NCBI RefSeq assembly: GCF_009914755.1
Contig: NC_060937.1
Source of the DNA: the human T2T-CHM13v2.0 reference genome, Homo sapiens
Length of the DNA stretch: 64,000 nucleotides
Strand: one strand, 5' to 3'
The notes under the pieces: model-generated
Databases searched by the model: none
What the model was told of the DNA's origin: nothing
What the model saw: only the letters and a program-made list of their open reading frames with translations
Position numbers and translations under genes: made by a program
Shown: in pieces, positions 58,526 to 64,000 of the stretch
How positions within the stretch are numbered: position 1 is the stretch's first letter
How the letters are laid out: every line of letters begins with the position of its first letter

Positions 58526-60067
58526 TTAATTTCTTAATTTCCCTAGAACTTTATATATTGGTAATTTGTGAGTCCTAAGATTCATGAGACATCATCCTGA
58601 GAAAATCTGTATTTATTCTGTTATACTATTTATCAAGACACTAAAGTTCTAGGACCATTTTTAACAAAAGTATCAGTTCAATGGTTTTCAGAACATACAA
58701 TGTGATGCTTATTTCTAGTTCCCACTGCACTGATGACGTATCTGTCTGAATGAGCCAGTTTAACGTGGTTGTTCTCTTATTAAATTTCTTTTTTCATTTT
58801 TTTTGATAGGCCTTGGGCTCGCCTAGATCATGAAAATCAGAATCTATGGTTTACCTTTATTAGGAAACACTTGGAAGGCAAAAGGAGGTTTATAGGTAAT
58901 TGAGATGCTAAGAGTTTGAGCAAAATAAACCATTTGTTATTATGCTAAATAGCCAAATAGTAAACTTTGACAATTGCTGATGTTAGCATTTATGTATAAA
59001 GGCAGTAAAATGCATAACTGTAAAAGAACTGTCATTATCTTAATATTTACATTAATAATTATTATTTTCTCAGTTTATATAGAATGTGCAAATTATTACT
59101 TTTTCATGGCAAGTAGGGAGTAGTAAAGCAGCAGTTTAGAACACAAAACAGTAGGACTTAGCATAGAATTTCCTTAAATTTCTACGAATTAGGACACAAT
59201 AGCATCTGTCTCTATAAAGAAGCATGGAATTAATTTCCTCAGAGTAATGGATTACTGGAAGCTATTTTCTTATTATATTAGTGAGAAGCAAAGCTATTTA
59301 AACAAAACACTTGATGGAGTTTTGTTTTAAATAAATTGTGTCAATGAAGCAACTGAACGTTTTTAAAAACAACACTAATAGCTGAAAATCAGAAGCCCTC
59401 TTCAAATGGGTCAAGAATGATATAAAAAACCTAAAAGAGCATTAACATTAACAGGACAGTTTATGGAAAAGTTGAAGATTAATAGTATCAGGATAATAGA
59501 GTCTCTAGGTCACACTTAACTAAGACCTTTTATAAGATCTTTTCTAGGTAACAAGAAGAAGTTAATAATAATTTTTATATTCATGTTGTACATAAATTAA
59601 TTATATCTTAAATTTTGTTTGTCTCCAATATTTCTGATTCAATAATTCTTATATTCTTCCTTCATAATATCTTAGGTAAAAAATCACTTCCCAGGTTAAA
59701 GATATTTCAATGATACCGATATTTAGTGAGACTATAAATTTATTTGGTAACCTAAAATTGGTGTATTATTTCCCTTTAATTGCATTTGTGCATGCATGTA
59801 TATCTATATACACCAGTTTATGAATCCTCACTCTGGATATTAAAACAGGATGATTTCCTCCTGATAATTATAGTCTAGGCATTGGTACAGCCTAACCTCT
59901 CCCTTATAGAATATGGCTTCAGTGAAGATCCAAGTGTTGTATCTGCAACACATCATCTACCTAATAAATGGCAGAGCCTTCACTGAGATTTATATATTTT
60001 GTGTCTTGGTCCAGTCATTACATGTGATGCCACACCACAATATTTTATAAGCTTTAAAGATTTGTTT

Positions 60068-60513
60068 GATGGTGGAAAACAACACAATGACACTTAGATA
60101 AAAAGCAGAATTTGTGCTACTTAGAGTTCCAAAAGAGAGAAGGCTGCCAGGCAGTATCTCACAGGGGCTTGCATGGAGGGACAGGGCAACAGCAACCTGG
60201 AGCTGTAGGGGCAGCCTATCTATGGCAAATAGGGTGGGGTTAGCTAGGTTCCTGTGGGGCTTTTTGTGGATTTATCTAATTTGGATAATGTCCCACTCTC
60301 AGGCACACAGAGGCTATTTCTGAGTGTCTGGTATGTGGCCCTAGGGGTGATGAAGGTGGGTGTATAGGGGTCCTGAAGTGTGAAAGCCTGAGAAGGGAAG
60401 GTATTGGAGGGGGAACTTAATTGGCTACTCAGGAGGGACATTGACTGGCAGCCACTAGTTAGGGCTTCAAATCTGGGTCAAGATAGTATTTTTTTAAAAA
60501 ACTGGATTATACA
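60068..60513 (-). mobile_element. ERVL-type solo LTR (MER68/76/77-like)
   Basis: GC-richer block with TG...CA ends; 'ggggttagctaggtt...ctaatttggataat...gtctggtatgtggccctaggg'. Confidence 0.65.
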
Positions 60514-62156
60514 CAATGTATTTTTTTAAACAATTTAATGTGTAAGGATTTGTATTTTATTATATTTTTTCCATTAATAAAAAGATAAGTTCAACAAATT
60601 TTTGCTGTCTTATATTTTTCTTTCTGTTTCTAACTGGACAATATGTTTTCTTGCTCTGTAGAACTGTAGCATGGATGAAATAAGTAATACAGTGAATGCT
60701 GTCTAAGACTTCTGTAAAAAAAAATATATTTCAGCCTTGACAAAAGACCCTGAAGCTGCCTAAGTGAACTTGACCACTTGATCATGAAGATCTTGATGTT
60801 GAATGTTATTCATGAGATCATGAATGACATTCCACGAATCTTGTTCTTTGTTCATTGATGTATCAGCTTATCTCATAGTTTGTTTTGTATTTCTTTTCTG
60901 AAAAATTTTTTACTATAACAAATGTTTATGTAGGGAATTGTGTCTCAATATTTCAAAGACTATGCAAGTTTATTGTGGTGAAAACTGGATTAACTTCTAA
61001 AAGGCTGTTAGGAAGGCTGTAAAATATTCTGATGCAAATCCAACTTTCAGCTGCCTGTGAATAAAATTGACTGGAACTTGCTGTTTGCCTATTTCTCTAA
61101 CTTTCTATTTACATCACAAGTAGATCCATCTAGTGAAAAAGACTGGATCAAACTGGTCATTAGCTAACAAGAATTTTACTTTTAATGCATTTAGTTAGAC
61201 ATTTCTGCAATTTTAATATAAAATTCTAAAATAAAAATATAAATATTCACTATACTTATTCTGAACAGAATAATGCATGACAGAAACAAAGATAACAAAA
61301 AAAATCTTGTTTTCAAAATATATTACATTTTTATACTATCTACAGATATTATTTGAGTGCTTTTCTTTTTTTCTATTTAGGAAACATCTCTTCTAGGACA
61401 AGGTCATTACTACCAAGAGACAGCACAATGTCTTCTAAAGCAGAAGTTCAATTAGGGAGTTGGATAGGAGAATGTGCCACTCATAGATGAGCAACATTCC
61501 CAGACATTATCCAAAGGATGGTATTTTTATATTTGTGAATATAGTCCAAAACCTGGGCCTATGCAGCATAAGACCTCTCAAGTGACCTTCCAAACGCTAG
61601 AAAATGCCTAAGGAAATAGTTATTTTATCATCTTTTTACCTAAAAAATCAGCATAATGTTAATTTTGATAAAGTTAACCAAAAAGCATAAAAATCTTGAT
61701 AGACATGAGATGTGTCTGCTTTTTGCCTCAAGCAATGTGAATATACTAATCTTAAATTTCAATGCAAGATAGTGAAGGCAGAACTGAAGCCCTGATTCCA
61801 GGGTTATTATGGACTGCAATTACTGAAGTTATGTCCTCACCTAGAAAGTGAAAACAATAATACATTTTCTTTGGATCTGGCAAGGTTTGTATGACTGTTA
61901 AACGAGATACTATTTCCAAATGACATAAGTATTTTAAAAATTGTTACTCAAGCAATTACAATTGATTTTTGTTGACTTTGGATTGATATTTATATCTAAG
62001 TTGCATAATCTGATGTAAAATTGTACTTTTATGATTAAATCACTTTAAAAGCATAAATATATTACTATATCACAAAATTTCCTACATAATAGATAGTCTA
62101 ACATATTATTTGCTGATATTATTGAAATAAAAGACAAAGTTCTCAAATGTTATAGG

Positions 62157-62704
62157 TTTCAGAGGCAGGTAAACCAGAGCAACTCCATCTTGAGTAGGGG
62201 CTGTGTAAAATGAGGCTGAGACCTTCTGTGCTGCTTTCCCATGAGGTTAAGGCATTCTTCGTCACAGGATAAGATAGGAGGTCAGCACAAGACACATGTC
62301 ATAAAGACCTTGCTGATTAAACAGGTCACAGTAAAGAAGATGGCTAAAACCCACCAAAACCAAGATGGAGACGAGAGTGACCTCCAGTTGTTCTCACTGC
62401 TACACTCCCACCAGTGCCATGACAGTTTACAAATACCATGGCAAAGTCAAGAAGTTACCCTATATGGTCTAAAAAGGGAAGGCATGAATAATCTGCCCCT
62501 TGTTTAGCATATAATCATGAAAAAAATACATAAAAATGTGCTACCAGCAGTCCTCAAGGCTGCTATGTCTGTGGAGTAGCCATTCTTTATCCCTTTATTT
62601 TCCTAATAAATTTGCTTTCACTTTACTGTATCACCCTGAATTATTTTTGCGTGAGATCCGAGAACCTCTCCTGGGGTGTGGATCTGGACCACTGTCCAGT
62701 AACA
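62157..62704 (+). mobile_element. MER41A solo LTR (ERV1)
   Basis: 'aaccagagcaactccatcttga...gccatgacagtttacaaat...tctggaccactgtccagtaaca'; 4-bp flanks tagg/taag; ~548 bp. Confidence 0.92.
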
Positions 62705-64000
62705 TAAGCCTATCACTATTATAACTTCTGAATTCATTTTAACATTGAAACCTCGTAACAACCATGTGATGATAGGTATTCTGAAGTGAGAATAATTTCT
62801 TTATTGACATTGTAACTGTTAAGGAAATCTTGATCTTGCTTTCTTGAGTGTTCTTCTTATTACATGTTGTGAATGCACAATATTCTGTAATGGAAAATTA
62901 TAGATTTTCATGCTCAATAAATAATAAAGAACTTTTAGATTATTCAGAGGACACAATTTAAGATTATTGACATTCTCTCACAGTTACTTACTGATACATC
63001 AGGTCTTGTGGATTTCACCCAGCCTACCAAGTATATTTCTTCCTATCATTTTAATTCCTAAATACCACTTCATATTTTATTTGAAAACCCCTTTTCTTCC
63101 GTTACAATAAGTAGGAAAAATTAATGGAAATATCCTGTTTTTTCAGATCTTCTGATTCCTATGAAAACCAGACTAAAATTTTGTATTATAAAGAATACTG
63201 AGATATAAATCTTCAGTCTCTTCACCTGAAAACTAAAGGTTTGAACTCAGTCATCTTAACCATTCCATTCTGCCATGAAATTCTATGGGGCTGTGAGTAT
63301 ATGGTTTCTTCCTTTACACCAGATGAATTTCATGGGAGTCATCACTTTCTTGTCTTCTGAAGTTGAATCATTCCTTCACAGAGCTTTCCCAAAGCATTGC
63401 CCAGTTTCATGTAAGAAATCAAGAAATGTTCCAGTCATGATCCCTTGTCAATATATTGTTACAAACTGAAACTGCACACCCACTTATTTTCTTTGCCCCC
63501 TATTGTGTGTTAAAAATATACTTAGTTTTTTTATGGTTATAAATAAGCAATTATCCCTAGTCACTACTCATTATATTAGTCATTACTCCTTTCCCTAGTC
63601 ACCATACCTGTTAGTCATCGATACAACTCGCCCGTCTTTGTAACTCTCTCATTTTGAAACCCATTTGCACAATGTAAGAAATTAAAAGGAAGAAAAACCT
63701 ATTTCTCTGTGAGAAATCACCAAGTATAATCACTGGGCAGGATTCTAGTGAAGGATAGTATTATTTTATGTCATTATGATTAGCACACATAATCCCCTTT
63801 CTAAATTTAACATCCAAATCTAATGTAAGAACCTTTGCAGTCAAAATGGGACCTACAAATTAGCAGTGTCCCTGATTATTATGTGACTGTTAATTATTTG
63901 GAAAACTTCACTATAATAAGTGGAATTTAATCATAGAATTGATCTTAAATTGTTGTGAAGCTCCCGTGAGTTAAATGACAGTCTAGAAAGAATTTTTAAC

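Overview
This is AT-rich primate, most likely human, non-coding DNA (intergenic or deep intronic). I see no CpG island and no credible host protein-coding gene, rRNA, tRNA or CRISPR array. The window is dominated by transposon fossils: L1 (L1PA to L1ME), nine Alus, MaLR/ERV1/ERVL solo LTRs, a near full-length HSMAR2 mariner, MIR/L2 remnants and microsatellites. The long ORFs in the track (7196-8332, 10232-10948) are C-terminal pieces of L1 ORF2. The most notable structure is a pair of independently inserted L1PA 3' fragments facing each other 1.4 kb apart. They are about 98.5% identical by manual comparison and share several non-consensus variants, which suggests gene conversion or an inversion substrate. 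Other oddities are a poly(A)-tailed, TSD-flanked ~38-nt retrocopy of an LTR hairpin, a rearranged L1-in-L1 chimera, several twin-primed L1s, and small clusters of overlapping inverted repeats that look like template-switch scars. Subfamily names come from my recollection of consensus sequences and need RepeatMasker/Dfam confirmation. I find no convincing evidence of a new gene system.
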